A DNA stretch of 47,830 bases from Pontiella sp. Lineage in GTDB: Bacteria > Verrucomicrobiota > Kiritimatiellia > Kiritimatiellales > Pontiellaceae. The notes beneath the pieces were generated by a model. The model was not told the origin of the DNA. It saw only the letters and a list, made by a program, of their open reading frames with translations, and made no database searches. Numbering within the stretch: position 1 is the stretch's first letter; each line of letters opens with the position of its first letter. This document shows, piece by piece, positions 47,145 to 47,830 of this stretch. The stretch covers positions 1-47,830 of the forward strand of contig JBNKHE010000012.1 of assembly GCA_050290185.1 (NCBI GenBank), in the 5' to 3' direction. A program made the translations under genes and the position numbers.

Positions 47145-47830
47145 AAAAGCCCCCCGTGGTATTCATCGCCGGCGAACGGCAGCACGCCGGAAAGACCGTA
47201 ACCAGTCTCGGCATCATATCGGCACTGACCAACCACATCGATCCGAAGGACATCGGCTACTTCAAACCGGTCGGCCAGGAAATGATCACCCTCCCAAGCG
47301 GCGAAAAGATCGACAAGGACGTCCGCATCGTCAAGGAGTTTACCGGACTGGATATGCCGGATATGGGCCCGCTTTCACCGGTGCGCGTGGTGTCGGGTGT
47401 TACGCGCGAATATATCAAGAGCGATAACTCGCGGGCGATTACCGCCGCGTTCGAGGAATCGATCCATAAGACAATGGATTCACTTTCCGACAAAAAGTTG
47501 ATTATTGCCGAAGGCACCGGACATCCGGGCGTGGGCTCGGTCGTTGGATTGTCCAATGCGCGTGTGGCAAACCTGCTGGATGCAAGAATACTCTATCTGG
47601 TCGGTGGCGGTATTGGTCGCACCCTCGATGAGCTGGAGGTGGATCTGTCCTACTTCTCGCACCACCACAGCCGGGTGGCCGGCGTCCTCTTCAACAAGGT
47701 ACTGCCCAACAAGGTTGAGATGATGGCTGACGTGCTGAATGAAAAAACGCTCGATCGCATCTTCCCCGAATGGGATCCGGCGCTGAAGGTATTTGGTTAT
47801 ATGCCACAGGTCAAATACCTCAACAATCCC
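47141..47830 (+). CDS. BioD-like / phosphotransacetylase N-terminal AAA-family protein (partial, runs off the window end)
   Basis: MKKPPVVFIAGERQHAGKTVTSLG, GYFKPVGQ, IDKD, EGTGHPGVGSVVGLSNA.VA, GGGIG...DE, GVLFNKV; absent from the ORF track because it has no stop in the window. Confidence 0.8.
   Translation, partial: MKKPPVVFIAGERQHAGKTVTSLGIISALTNHIDPKDIGYFKPVGQEMITLPSGEKIDKDVRIVKEFTGLDMPDMGPLSPVRVVSGVTREYIKSDNSRAITAAFEESIHKTMDSLSDKKLIIAEGTGHPGVGSVVGLSNARVANLLDARILYLVGGGIGRTLDELEVDLSYFSHHHSRVAGVLFNKVLPNKVEMMADVLNEKTLDRIFPEWDPALKVFGYMPQVKYLNNP

Overview
A 47.8-kb, moderately GC-rich bacterial chromosomal window, mostly housekeeping genes. The protein styles suggest a PVC-superphylum organism such as Kiritimatiellota or Verrucomicrobia (inference only). 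In order: mscS 3' end; hemG-hemH-lysophospholipase; a secreted trypsin-like protein; cmoB; avtA; an exported S1C protease/hypothetical/FG-GAP trio; pheS-pfk-pirin-photolyase; a minus-strand tolQRAB-pal-degenerate double GGDEF-pdxJ-nnr cluster; ilvC; an outer-membrane protein; two identical tRNA-Glu; TPP riboswitch-thiS-thiG-thiH; a blaI/blaR1-like cassette; feoABC; tRNA-Thr; a double-rubredoxin oxidoreductase; a pyruvyltransferase; maf; a three-gene signalling locus; a DtxR-family regulator; a GltD-like Fe-S flavoprotein; and a truncated Pta-N-like ATPase. I saw no integrase, transposase, prophage or CRISPR array. The best candidate for an undescribed system is at 40232-44751. Two membrane proteins with no output domain end in the same coiled-coil tail (ERFNxLxxGRExRxLxLKxExNxLL..PKxY), next to a hybrid kinase carrying two 'xxMEDA' helices, which suggests a split sensor-kinase docking system. 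Other highlights: a diverged thiH fragment marking the far edge of the blaIR cassette, leaderless blaI with twin palindromic operators, a catalytically dead tandem GGDEF protein directly after pal, and two single-C frameshifts.
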